Shown here: one piece after another, positions 1 to 11,863 of the stretch | How the letters are laid out: the number at the start of each line of letters is the position of its first letter | How positions within the stretch are numbered: the first letter of the stretch is position 1 | NCBI GenBank assembly: GCA_000165425.1 | Contig: CT868670.1 | Span: forward strand, 62,001-126,000 | DNA length: 64,000 nucleotides | DNA from: Paramecium tetraurelia | Lineage: Eukaryota | Direction: 5' to 3' | Program-made: the position numbers and the translations under genes | The notes under the pieces: generated by a model | What the model saw: the letters and a program-made list of their open reading frames with translations, nothing else | What the model was told of the DNA's origin: nothing | Database searches by the model: none

Positions 1-2547
1 AACAGCGTTTTGAACAATTTTCACATGGTTGTGATTAAGATACCTCATAGGTACCTTCTGGACAGACACATTTAAAAGGAAGAATTCTATTGAAATTACA
101 TTTTGTGCAATAGTCTGATTAATATTTGCATTGATAGCATTGTGTTTGACAATTACTACACGAATTGGAGGATTGATCAAAATAATATCCAGTATTACAT
201 TGACAAGTGTTATCAGTATCAATAATCAAAGGAGATATGCAAGTAGAACACTGATTATTAGAACAAAGGACACAATGTTAATTGCAAGATACGCACACTT
301 GATCAATAAGTTAAAATCCATTAACGCAAGAGCAGGATGGAGGATTAATGTAATTTGTAGAACATTCAATGCAATTAGTTGAAATGATTGAACAAGTCTT
401 GCATTTTCTATGACAGGCTATAGGTATATAAATAAATTATTTACGTAAACATTTAGAATTCTACATGAAATAACCATCTAAACATTAGCAAGTGTCTATA
501 TTGGCAAAGTTAGTTATATTGCAATTTTCAAAATCATATGTTTTCGTAATAACAGAATTATAATCTATTACAACTTAATTAGCTGTTACTGATATTAATA
601 CACAAATTTTATTTTACTCATCATAGCCACTCAAACAATCACAATTGTTTGATGAATCTCTGTTACCAGAACAGATTGTACAAGAAGTAGAGGAAGCACA
701 TTTAAAACATTTATAATTACATTCTAAGAAGTTATTTATCTAATTTACATTCACAGATCATTGAGCCATTATCAAAATATCCATCTTAACATGGACAATT
801 GCTAGCCAAATTGTTCAGTCTAAAAGTACCTGATAAAGCACACGCTTAACATTGATATGCGGATGATATAAATTAACAATTTCCACAATATACTCCACAA
901 GCAATGTTGGTTGGTTAACAAATAGGGATTCCAAAATCATAATATCCCATATCACAAACACATTAATTAGATCCATCTAAAGTTCTATGGCTGTAATTAC
1001 AATCTGTACAATGTGTACTACTGCCTGTACATTATCGACAGGAGTAATGGCATGGAAAACAATTGTATGTTCCATCCATATAATATCCTAAATTACATAC
1101 ACACGTTCCACTAACATAAGCATTATTTTTGCATAGATTGCATTAAGTATTACTTGATCCATAACATCTTCTACAACTTAGATGGCAAACTGATGAACAA
1201 CCTGCTCCATAAAACCCATCCGGACAAGTAGGGCCACTCACACATGTAGATCCTGATAATTCTTATCCAGAAGGACAGGAACAAATTCCACCAACAACTA
1301 CAAAAGGGCTATTACAAGAAGTGCACAAAGTTTTGTCAGTTCGATCACATCCTTTACAATTGGGATCGCATGATAAGTTACAATTTGCACCTGTCTTTCC
1401 TTATTAACAACTTGTACATGCCTATGTACCATCACAAGTTGAACAATTCGGGTTGAAACATTCTAATTATTATTGAATTCATACAAACACATGGTGCTAC
1501 ACAGCAATTATTAGGATCGAATATACACCTATTTCCACATGCAGTATCGCATATACTACATGAATTGCCATTCCAAACAAATCCTAAATCGCATAAACAC
1601 ATATTAGAATCAGGTTACAATGTTGCAAATGCATAACAAGTTAAACAATTAAATTCTCCAGAATTGCTGCAAGTCTAACACGTAGGATGACATTCTTAAA
1701 TTATTTAGACAATCCTTACTAAAGCAAAATGAAGTGTTTGGTACTAATTAAGGTTGGTAATATCCATATGGACAGTCGCAAGAGCTTCCACTTTTATTAT
1801 TATAACAGCTCAAACAATCATTATTGGTTGGTCCAGAGCATGTTTTACAATTTATATCGCATTCTTAATTTATCAATTAATTTTACAATAGCAATTATTA
1901 TCAATTGATCTGTAGTATCCATCCTTACATATACAAATGTTAGATTATAAAAGAGTATACTATTCTTAGTTGCATTTCACGCAATTTGAATTCAAAGATC
2001 CATTACATTTTGAGCAAGTAGGATGGCAATCTATTTAAAATATTTTATTTTTTAAACCTTCACATTGATAATTAACATAATTAAAAAATTAATGTTCTCC
2101 GCATTTGCATTCATTTCCAAATAAAAACATTGAGTTTTTACAGCTTAGACAATCTTGATTCTATTTTCCTTAACAATTTAGGCAAGGAAAACGACATCCT
2201 ATTTTCACTTAATAGATATACGCTAACAAAATAGTTCATTATTCTCATCATAATAATTCGCTTAACACTTGCAAATTGAATTCTCTAAAAATCGATTACC
2301 ATCACTCAAACATTCTAAACAACTAGAAGAACCGCTAGAAGAGCATTTCTAACATGAATAGTGGCAATCTACATCATATTTGTGAATATTCACCTTCGCA
2401 TACGTCATTATTCAAAAATTGGTATGTCTAACATTACTCATTATCCTGTAAATTTCTAATAACCTAAAAATTCTATAAGATCTGATGACCTTTAAGCTTA
2501 TAAGGTAAACTCACAAAGATTATCCACATAAGTTACATCAGGTTCAT
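1..2547 (-). CDS. Cysteine-rich (furin-like/CxxC repeat) secreted or surface protein; 3' end runs off the left edge of the window
   Basis: Code-6 translation starts MNLMQLMWIIFVSLPYKLKG (signal-peptide-like), then repeated CHxxCxxC..C..C units (CHYSCQKC, CHPTCSKC, CDINCKTC, CHPTCQTC). Multiple 23-27 nt GT..AG introns. Confidence 0.85.
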
Positions 2548-3487
2548 TTATCAGAATATTTAACAAATTCTTTTATTATATCTTTAAAACTTCATATTAA
2601 TAATGATGTAATCAAATTAACCCTGTATTACTATTATTTCTGTTAATATTTCAAATTAGATTTATTCTTTTGATTTTCTTAATTTTTCTAATCTCCATTT
2701 TATATCATCCTATGAATTAAACTACAAGGAATAATGTTTAGATATTTCAATAAGTTATTTTTTGTTGATTTTTCATAAACTTGCCTTCATACTATGTAAT
2801 CTTTGGGGTAAATAAAATAATAATAAATATATACTTTTTTCATTTATTCAACTTTATATACCATCAATAATTAAAGTATTGAAAATATTTAAATTGATAA
2901 CAATTTATTAATTTCTGTATTAATTTTCTATGCAAATATGAAAAAAATCTAATCTAAAACCTCAATAAACTAGTATGCAAACCAAATAATACTTTTGATA
3001 TAAACTTTTCACTCTTTGTTAAATTTGAAAATAAAACTTTAATGTATGTTTATCTTAGAAATTACAAATCTTTTAGCTTAAACAATATTGTGAATAGTAG
3101 TAATGTAAATAGAATTCATTTTAAAAATTGATTGTAATATCTTAATGTCTTTATAAATCCCTCTGTTCTTCCATCGTCCTGATTGAATTTTTTGTTTTCT
3201 TTTTCAAAAATATTGTTGACATCATATTGTAAATATATTGTTTATTTAATTTTTTAATCAAACCACTTGTTATGTATGTAAAATATGATGATTCAATGAA
3301 CAATTTATACTCATGATTTGCATCAGATGTTGATGGAGGGAAATTCTGAAGTTTGTTATAAAATGACTAGAATGATCATTTGTGTTTTAGTGATTTGGAA
3401 TTGAAATAAGATGCATTAACTGTTTAATAAATGGAAAATTGCTTAGGTGTTTTATAAAAAGCATTTAATAAAAAAATCAAAATTAAT

Positions 3488-6070
3488 ATGAACGTAGAGG
3501 AGAGACCTGGAACATCGTTTACGTCGAAGAGACAGGTTCAGACTGAGCAGAGGAAGAGATAGCAAATGAATTTGGGCACTTTGGAGACTGAGGATAAAAG
3601 TGTAAGCTTCTTGGTACTTATTGTAGACAGGAATGAAAATGAGACCAATTACTCAAGACCAGCAGAGAAACAGTTTGCAATAGAAGAGATAGAAGATGAT
3701 TCCTTAGGCAATTTTATACGACAGGGAATCTTTGTATGAGGAAGTTATTAATGCAAAATAAATCAATAACAACTTGGCGAGAGAGAACCAGGCTCTACAT
3801 ACCAAAATAAAAATGATGGATGTAAAATTGATTAAGACTTCTAGGAAGAATTACAAAGAATGGTTAGAGCAACTCCGATAAGCGAGCAAGTGGTCAACAA
3901 CATGGAATCATTTTATTAGGATTGCAAGCCTTCGAAGCAGCATCTGATTATGGATCTAAAGAAACAACTGAGGAGATTGCAAGAGGAATCGATCAAAAAG
4001 GATCAGCAAATACAATTTCTGTAAAAAAATACAAAAGCAATGAAAATAAAAGAACTGGAAATCGAATTAATGTCCTATCAGCAAGAAGCACAGAGATTAA
4101 AGGCTTTGATCGGAATGAAATATAATGATTCCGATAATGATCTTCTCAGATTGAGAGCTGATTATAAGCTATTGGAGGATGAATTAAAACAATTGAAAGT
4201 CAAATGCAAAGAATCTGAATCAAAAGCTACCATGTATTATAATGAAAAACTTAAAAAGGATAAATTGAATCAATATTTAAAAAATCAGATTGAAAGTTTA
4301 AAATTTAAAGATCCAGAATATAAGAAACAGAACAAAATTACTGAAAATGAATAGTAATTGAAATAAGATATTGAGTACTAAATCATCCCTATATTGCTAG
4401 TTAAAAGTAAGTTTAAATAGACACATTGATAAGTAGTTTGAAAGCCAAAGATGCTCAATATGCAGAATTGGATAAGAGAATGAAAGAGTTGGAGAGAGAG
4501 CAGCAGCAGATAATTGATTAATTAGAGAGAGACAGATAATAATTGAGAGAATAATATAATTCTCTTAAAGAAGAAGTTGCAATGCAATCAGGCAGAAGGT
4601 ATAAAAGGCTTTGATGTTTTAATAGGAGAACTGTTTAAAATAATAGTTTTTTTGAGAATAAACTTGAAATTCTACCTGAAGGTCCAGAGATTACAGATCA
4701 AAAAAAGAAATTGTTGCCTTGTGTGACTAAGGATGACGTAAATTTGATATGCAAATCGATCAAATTCAAACTGAAAGCTATGAAAGTGCCTTTTGAGAAG
4801 ATCGACAATGTAATGGTATTTTGAATACATTAGTTTATTCATGGGGATGCTCACTCAGTTATCAGAATTGAGGAATTAAATGATATGTTGTAGGATGAAC
4901 CTTTCTTGTTAAATGAAGCCGATAGTCTTAAGGTGGCGAGATACTTGATTGAAGATAACGATGATAGATTTGTTGAGTTTAGCATGTTAACTGAAGGTTT
5001 AATAGCAAGAGCCAAGAGTATACTAAAGAATTTGATTGGAAAATACACACTTTTAGAAGTAAAAAATTGAAATGAACCATAGAAAAGTGATGAAGATTAG
5101 CTATTCTTTGAAATTGGATCTGTTCTATCGAAATATAGAATCTCTTTAGAGGATTTCATCTTGAGATCAAAGAAGAAACAAGAGTTTTGTACAGTGGAGG
5201 ATCTTGAGGAGGCTCTTAAGTTCGTTGAATAAACCTTTAATTCTACTTAATACGAATTTTTACTATTGAAGAATTATGAATTAACACAAGAATTAATTCA
5301 GATTAATTACAAAAAATTGTTTGAGTTGTTCTATGTTGGTAAAATGACTATTTATATTTTTATTAGATTTATAAGTTCAACACAAAACAAAAAGTGAAAG
5401 TGATTTACCAAAAGAATAAGTTAAGATTACAACACATTAGGAATAAAATCATAATGAAAACAACGATTTGTAGATATAGAAATAAAAATAAAAGTAAGAA
5501 GAACTCTAATAATAATAATTAAAGAAATAAAAAGAGGAAGAGGAACAAAGAAGATTGTTATAATTATAATAGGAGCAGGAAAGGTAGAGATAATTTGAAT
5601 TGGAAAGGGAGGAGGAAGAATAGAGAAGATTAGAATAATAATGGAAGGAAGAGGAAGAGGAGAGAAAGAGGTAGGAAGAGGAAGAAAGAGTGAAGTAGGA
5701 GAATGAAGCGAAAAGGTAAAAATTATTAGAAGACACGAGAAAGTAATAAGAAGAGGAGGAGAATTTGAGAAAGCATCAAGAAGAACAAAGACAATAACAA
5801 AAGGCAGAAGAGGAAAGATTGCATAAATTAAGGGAGGAGGAAAAGAGATTACATTAGGAGCAATTAGAGAAATAGAAATTGGAGGAAGAATAGAAGAAAT
5901 TAGAAGAAGAATATGAATAATAAGCTGAGTTTGACAAAGAATAGAATGGATAGGATAACAATGAAGAGTATAATGACCAATAGTTTGACTAGTAGCAATC
6001 GGAGAAATAAATTAGTGAAGCATAAAATAAGAGCTAGAAAGATTATGAGGAGGAGGAATTTGAATAATGA
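3488..6070 (+). CDS. Large coiled-coil protein with E/Q/K-rich C-terminal tail, unknown function
   Basis: ATG at 3488 (MNVEERPGTSFTSKRQ). Long code-6 frame with short introns, a GAA/GAG/TAA-rich low-complexity block at about 5480-5960, and TGA at 6068-6070. Confidence 0.75.
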
Positions 6071-6107
6071 AACATATTAATTATCCAATTATTAATATAT
6101 ATAAATA

Positions 6108-7010
6108 ATGAAAATAGTTGTTAAATATTTCTACACCATTTGTTAATAAGAATAAAGAAAAGAAACCATCCGATAAATGATTGCTGAATACTTTGATGAC
6201 AATATTGAATTTGATAAAGAAATCTTCAAGGATTATTAAGAGTTTTTGCAATTCATTTTCCCATTTCGACCAAAGAGTCTAAACAAATTAGGAGAAACAA
6301 AGAATACGAAAATGTGTAACATTCTAATCTCAGAACTAATTGAGACCTAATAAATAATGGATACTATGTTATTTGAGTTGAGAAAAGATTTAAGTTAATC
6401 AGACATCCTCAATATGTATAAGGAAATTGATTCAACATCCGATGGCTTTATAGACGTAATCAAATTAAAAAAGTACTTATCTTAATAATTTAACTATCAA
6501 ACTTCAAATGATGATTTGATTTATATTTTTCGAAGAATGGACAAAGATGAGGATGGATTTATCAGCATGGCAGAATTCATAGATGAATTTACATCTGAGA
6601 ATTAGTAGATCTCCTAGATGTCAACTATGGCATAAACGAGATGGCAATCACAAGCTTCATCCTAAACATAGTTTGTGCCTCCATACTCTGATGATTGTAG
6701 AGAATTGGCAATATTCATTAATAAATTGCAAAATATTAAAGTTATTGATGAAGAGGAACTACTTAAGTTGAAAAGATAATTCATAAAATAAAAAAAGCAA
6801 TCTTTCCTAAATCTATTTGAAGACATTGCACATTCTATTTATTTAGATAAGCGTGATCTTCTAAATTTATTATCATAGTAATAATTTTGTTATATTTATA
6901 GTTTTAAAGTAGGTGTGAACAGTGACTTAGAAAGGATATGCAAATTGTTCAACAAGGATAATCCAAATGAAATAGATTTTCAGGATTTTCTAAAATTTTT
7001 TACTTTTTGA
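6108..7010 (+). CDS. EF-hand calcium-binding protein
   Basis: EF-hand loops IDSTSDGFIDVIKL, MDKDEDGFISMAEF and FNKDNPNEIDFQDF; one intron near 6879. Confidence 0.85.
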
Positions 7011-7066
7011 TTATAAATAAACCTTTTTCATTTTGGGATTAGTATAAATTAGATTCATAAATATAA

Positions 7067-7549
7067 ATGTAAAATAATCAAGGCGCAGCCACTTAAGAGT
7101 AATCTATTAACTAAGAGAATAAGTAGGAAACAAGATTATGCAATATATGCTTGACTTTCTTTGGAACGGCAGCCACTTAATTTTATTGTTCTAAATGTTA
7201 CTAGTAATCATTTTAATGATTATTTCATTTAGAACCATACTAAAGGAAACCAGTTCAGAAACCAAGTAACAAAAATAGGTTGTGTAAGAAATAAAATAGC
7301 AAGATGAGGTAATAAAGATGAAAGTAAAAATAATAATTTAGACTATATCAGGAAAACCCCTCGAAATGCAAGGTTTGTAAAAGAAAATTGGGAATATCTG
7401 GCATATAATGCAAATGTGAAGCATATTTTTGCAATAAGCATCGTTTGCCAGAGGAGCATTAATGCACATTTGATCATGCAGAAAAGGCTAAATAATTACT
7501 TATTAAAAATAATCCATTTGTTAATATCAAAAAGCTGGAAGAATTGTGA
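7067..7549 (+). CDS. A20/AN1 zinc-finger protein (SAP/ZFAND5-6 family)
   Basis: A20 finger LCNICLTFFGTAATQFYCSKCY and AN1 finger CKVCKRKLGISGIQCKCEAYFCNKHRLPEEHQCTFDH; two introns (29 and 28 nt). Confidence 0.92.
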
Positions 7550-8020
7550 TAATTTGCCTTATTTAATAAGTTCTTATCATATTTTACATTGAATTGAATT
7601 ATATTAATATCGAAATCTATAAGCAAAATTATAAGATTAACTATATTTGATTTTATTTCTATTGATTATTCACTTTCTAAAAACTCCTTTTGTAATATTT
7701 AAATGTTCTTAATTTCTTTGTTAAGTCATGTGATCGTCAATCTCCAGAAAATAAATTATTTTGTGTATGTCAATAATAAGAAACTTAATAATTCAATAGT
7801 AAGATATTAAGGATAACATGAAGACATATTAAATGCATTACCTTGATTGAATGGATTCATAGGAATAAAAATAATAATTTGATAAATTTAAGAATTAAAC
7901 AGAATTCTTTAGTAGAGTTAAAAAATAAATGTTTGTTGAATAAAATGAAGAAGTCAGTGTTTATTCACACTTACAGATTAAGAGCATAATTTACATATAT
8001 ATATTTATTTTGGAACTTAA

Positions 8021-9148
8021 TCAGGTATTTAGCTTAGAATACCATAATGGGATTAATTTAGAATTTAGTTCTGGTTTAACGCTTAATTCCTGTTTGTTAA
8101 AGTCAAATAGATTTGGAAACTTGACATTTGATTTAGCAAATTCTTCTTTTCTTAAGTCGTCAAAGTATGGATGCAAAAGAGCATCGATTGGTTGAATTCT
8201 AGCTTTGGGAGAGTAACTAAATATTAAGAAGGATGAATTTTACGTGAGCATTTGTGTAATGAGATCTAAAAATAATTGATCTGGTTTATGTTTGGCCAAT
8301 ATTTTGGACCAAGGATTGCCCTTAATCGTAGGTAATTTGACTTCAGCTTTGGCTGGATTCATCTGCTTGATGATATCAGGAGTTGGTGTTCCAAGAATCT
8401 TAATAATCTACAAAAGTTAGTCTTGGGCACTTTCTCCTGGGAAGATTGGTTCCAATATGACCATCTCAACAATAACACAACCGATGGACCACATGTCGAT
8501 TTATGTAGTGTAATCGGTGGCTCCAAAAATTAATTCTGGCGCTCTGTAGTAGCGAGAGCAAATGTACGCAATGTTAGGTTCACCTACTACTAGCCTTTTG
8601 GCTGAGCCAAAATCACATATTTTAAGGACATTGGTTTCAAGGTTGATCAGGATGTTCTGGGGTTTTATGTCTCTATGGCATATTCCGATGGCTAGTTGGG
8701 ATAAGTCTCAGTACCCTGCAGGTAGAGCAGCGCACGAAGCATTTGATAGCTGTAGAGCTTGAGTTATGTGGGTGGGATCGTTTGCTTCTGCTTGCGTATC
8801 TGACGTATCATCTTCGAAAGTGTCTCTGGTACGTATTCCATCACAAGATTAAGGTACACATCTTGAGGCTACAAAATCGATATAACGTTCACTATACATT
8901 CTCTCCAGGAGTAAAGAATGAGTGGCGTAACATAACCACACAGGGATGATTTAATTCTTAAATGATCAAATGCTCTCTGTTTTTGTATCTCCTATCCTAG
9001 TACACCTTCTTAATCGCAACCTTCTCCTTAGTCCTGTTATCAGTAGCCTAACTATTATTCAATCCGCACATACCAGGTGCACCATGCCAAATGTGCCTGT
9101 CCCAACCACTTGCTCAATTGTGAAGTCTTTCTCTGATTATTATAACAT
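8021..9148 (-). CDS. GSK3: Glycogen synthase kinase 3 / Shaggy-like Ser/Thr kinase
   Basis: [71 protein letters not shown]; intron 9048-9073. Confidence 0.95.
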
Positions 9149-9587
9149 TTAATAATTTCATTTAAAATAGTTCATTAAGTGTTATGAAAATTATTTTTAA
9201 ACATCTATTACGTAGAATCACCTAATAATTCAGTGATCTTTCTATTTAATTGATATTTAAACTAACTTTCATTATTACCATCCTGAATCAATTTAATTAT
9301 TCATTAATTCAAATTATTACTTCTATAATTAAAATACTAATTCTATTAATATTATAATATCAAAGTCACTTAGTATCAAGTATAGTTCTAAATAAGACAA
9401 TGCTGATTGATGATATTAAAATATATAAAGTCATCTTTTAGATAAAATTCCATAATTAAATTTGATAATTCCTTCCAGTAATTAATTAATATATCAATTA
9501 GAACATAATATAGTGAAATAATCACTTTTGCTATTAAGAAATAAAATATATTAAAAATCAATTCTCAATAAAAATTAATATATAATT

Positions 9588-10331
9588 TCAGGTATGTTTA
9601 TAATTCATTTCGGTTTATTTCATTTTTCTTAATTTGAATTGAATCGGATTCCTGTGGAATGGTTTTTCCTAATTATATTATATTCGGTATTCCGTTCTCA
9701 CTTAATCGCCTAAATTAAAAAAATAAATTGCAAACCATTCATGTTTTCATGAGGAATCCAGCCAGATCCGTCAAATTACATGTGATTCTTCTAAAATCCA
9801 GAAGTCTTAGTTTAAGCTTGTGAGGTCTATAGATACCTATCGGTCTTACGAAATCTATTTTATTATAATTCATTTTTTATACGTTGGAGCAACAAGTTCC
9901 TAAGGCTTTTTGAAACCGTCTTGGTAGGAGGTAACCATTTTATTGATATGAGTGCAAGGATGATTTTTCAATAAGGTCTAACATCCATATTTATGAGAAT
10001 AAGCTTCCTTGTGTACATCGATTAATTCTTTTGGATCAAAATTAAATCCAGTTGAAGACAATCTATTGAATTTTCCTAACTTTTAGTCTGCGTATGATTT
10101 TCTGGCTACTTCTGAAAATCTCTCGCCATACAGATTCTCTGATTGCACATAAGGGACATAGCCTGCATATCCTGGCACTGCTGTACTTTTTGGTTCTTAT
10201 GGAAACTAGATAGCATGAAGCAATTCACATACTTGAGTGTAATGATTGATATAGCTTGTTCTATAGAAGTTGTTTTTAGACCATTCATGAAAAGTCTTTT
10301 CTTATATGGGAGGTTGAGATTTGCTAGCCAT
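9588..10331 (-). CDS. Putative ciliary microtubule inner protein with a FAM166/DUF2475-like motif
   Basis: VPGYAGYVPYVQSENLYGERF resembles the PGYxGyxP..yG.tF repeat of FAM166/CIMIP2. ATG at 10331, TGA at 9588-9590, about three short introns. Confidence 0.6.
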
Positions 10332-10612
10332 TTTATTTATTAATTAATTTCATTAAATATCACATCAATAAAGCTTTTGATAATTCTTAAAGTATATGCA
10401 TAATTATACCATAAGATTTTATTGGAAATTATCCATTAAAACCAGTTTAATAGGATTAAAAATGATTATTTCCATAACTAATCCTTCCTACCTTATAAGA
10501 GTTGAATAAGTATATGTGTATGTTATTATAATATAATCATATCAGACAAGGTCTAATAAAAATAATGTGGAAATGATTTTAAAATAATTAAAATCTTTTT
10601 ATAACAACAATA

Positions 10613-11131
10613 ATGAGTCTAGTTTTAGAAAAAGCAGATTAATTCAGACAAATCATTCGTATTTTAAATACAAATGTTGATGGTAAATAACAAATGGCTT
10701 ATGAAATTAGAAGTATTAAAGGAATAGGCAGACGCTTTGCTATATAAATTTGCAAAGTAATTCTGACTCAGTTTTGATGTTAAGGTGTTGAGACTCAATT
10801 TAACCAAAAGAGCAGGAGAACTTACTGATGAGGAGGCTCACAAGATTACTGAAGTTATCAAAGTTCCAGAGGCTTATAATATCCCTAGATGGTTCCTTAA
10901 TACATAAGAGATTTAAAAAATGGTAAGAACTATGAAGTGACAACTAATGAACTTGAAACAAAACTTAGAGAAGATTTGGAAAGGATTAAGAAAATAAAGT
11001 ATTCATAATGGTTATGTATTACGATGTAATCGAGGTTTGAGACATCATTGGGGTTTGAGAGCAGAGGATAACAAACAAAAACAACAGGAAGAGGAGGTTA
11101 AACATTGGGAGTGGAAAGAAAGAAAAAGTGA
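10613..11131 (+). pseudogene. RPS18: 40S ribosomal protein S18 (uS13) pseudogene
   Basis: Clear uS13 homology (IIRILNTNVDGK, SIKGIGRRFA, KRAGELT, IPRWFLN, LREDLERIKKI, RGLRHHWGLR, TKTTGRGG). Carries two 1-nt deletions (about 10908 and 11062), a resulting premature TGA at 10938-10940, and an intron (10999-11023) ending CG instead of AG. Confidence 0.88.
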
Positions 11132-11292
11132 AATACATTTTGTTTTGTTTTTATGTACATTAAAAATTAGAGATACTCTATTTCTTATGTTTAACTATTA
11201 ATCTATTTTATTATTTAGTTGTTATGAATAAATTATAGATATAAAATTTAAAGAATAACGAATCTGATATGCAAAATTTGAATTATAATTCA

Positions 11293-11732
11293 TCATACAA
11301 AAATGTATGCAATAATGGAAAGAGTTGAAAGTGAAATAAATTGTTCAATCACCTTCATAAAAAAGAAATTCCAAGTCTTTTACTCCCAAACCACTTTTGA
11401 GGTGAAATATTACAAGTCAAAAGTGACACAAAAAAACACAGCCAATGATAGCGCCAATCCCAAATCTCTCTCATTCTATTTTAATTAGTAGTATATTTTA
11501 CTTTCACTTTGAGAATGCTGTATAAGTATGTAATTAAAGATGCCTTTATGAATCTGGCCAACAATTCTAAAATCAAAGGTTTACTATTTTATTCATCATC
11601 TTCTTTTTTTTTGTCTAATTTAATATTTGCTTCCTTCAAGTAACGGTCACAAAATAATATTGAATACCAATAAAATCCTATCATCATCGTAAATATTGTT
11701 CCAAAAATCACTGATAATAAACACGGAATCAT
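11293..11732 (-). CDS. Small 4-TM membrane protein, DUF1761-like
   Basis: MIPCLLSVIFGTIFTMMIGFYWYSILFCDRYLK...VVWEQKTWNFFFMKVIEQFISLSTLSIIAYIFV; the GFxWYS.LF and WE.K.W motifs fit DUF1761; one 26-nt intron. Confidence 0.65.
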
Positions 11733-11863
11733 TTTCTATTGAACTTTGATTTAAATTTAAAATAATTACTATAAAAATTAATAGAGTGTTAACACTGAAA
11801 ATGTATGTCATTAAAGTAGTTATTATATTTATTCACGATAACAATTGTATTATATATATGAAA

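Noticed and set aside
5480..5960. GAA/GAG/TAA-rich repetitive tract as satellite or CRISPR-like array
   Set aside because: It is in-frame E/Q/K/R low-complexity coding sequence with no fixed repeat-spacer structure.
7325..7352. Apparent frameshift between the A20 and AN1 fingers
   Set aside because: Resolved by a 28-nt intron ending ATCAG; the earlier AG would give an 18-nt intron and the wrong frame.
10901..10940. Programmed ribosomal frameshifting in RPS18
   Set aside because: Euplotes-type frameshifting depends on TAA/TAG stops, which encode Gln here. The second indel and the broken splice acceptor point to simple pseudogenisation.
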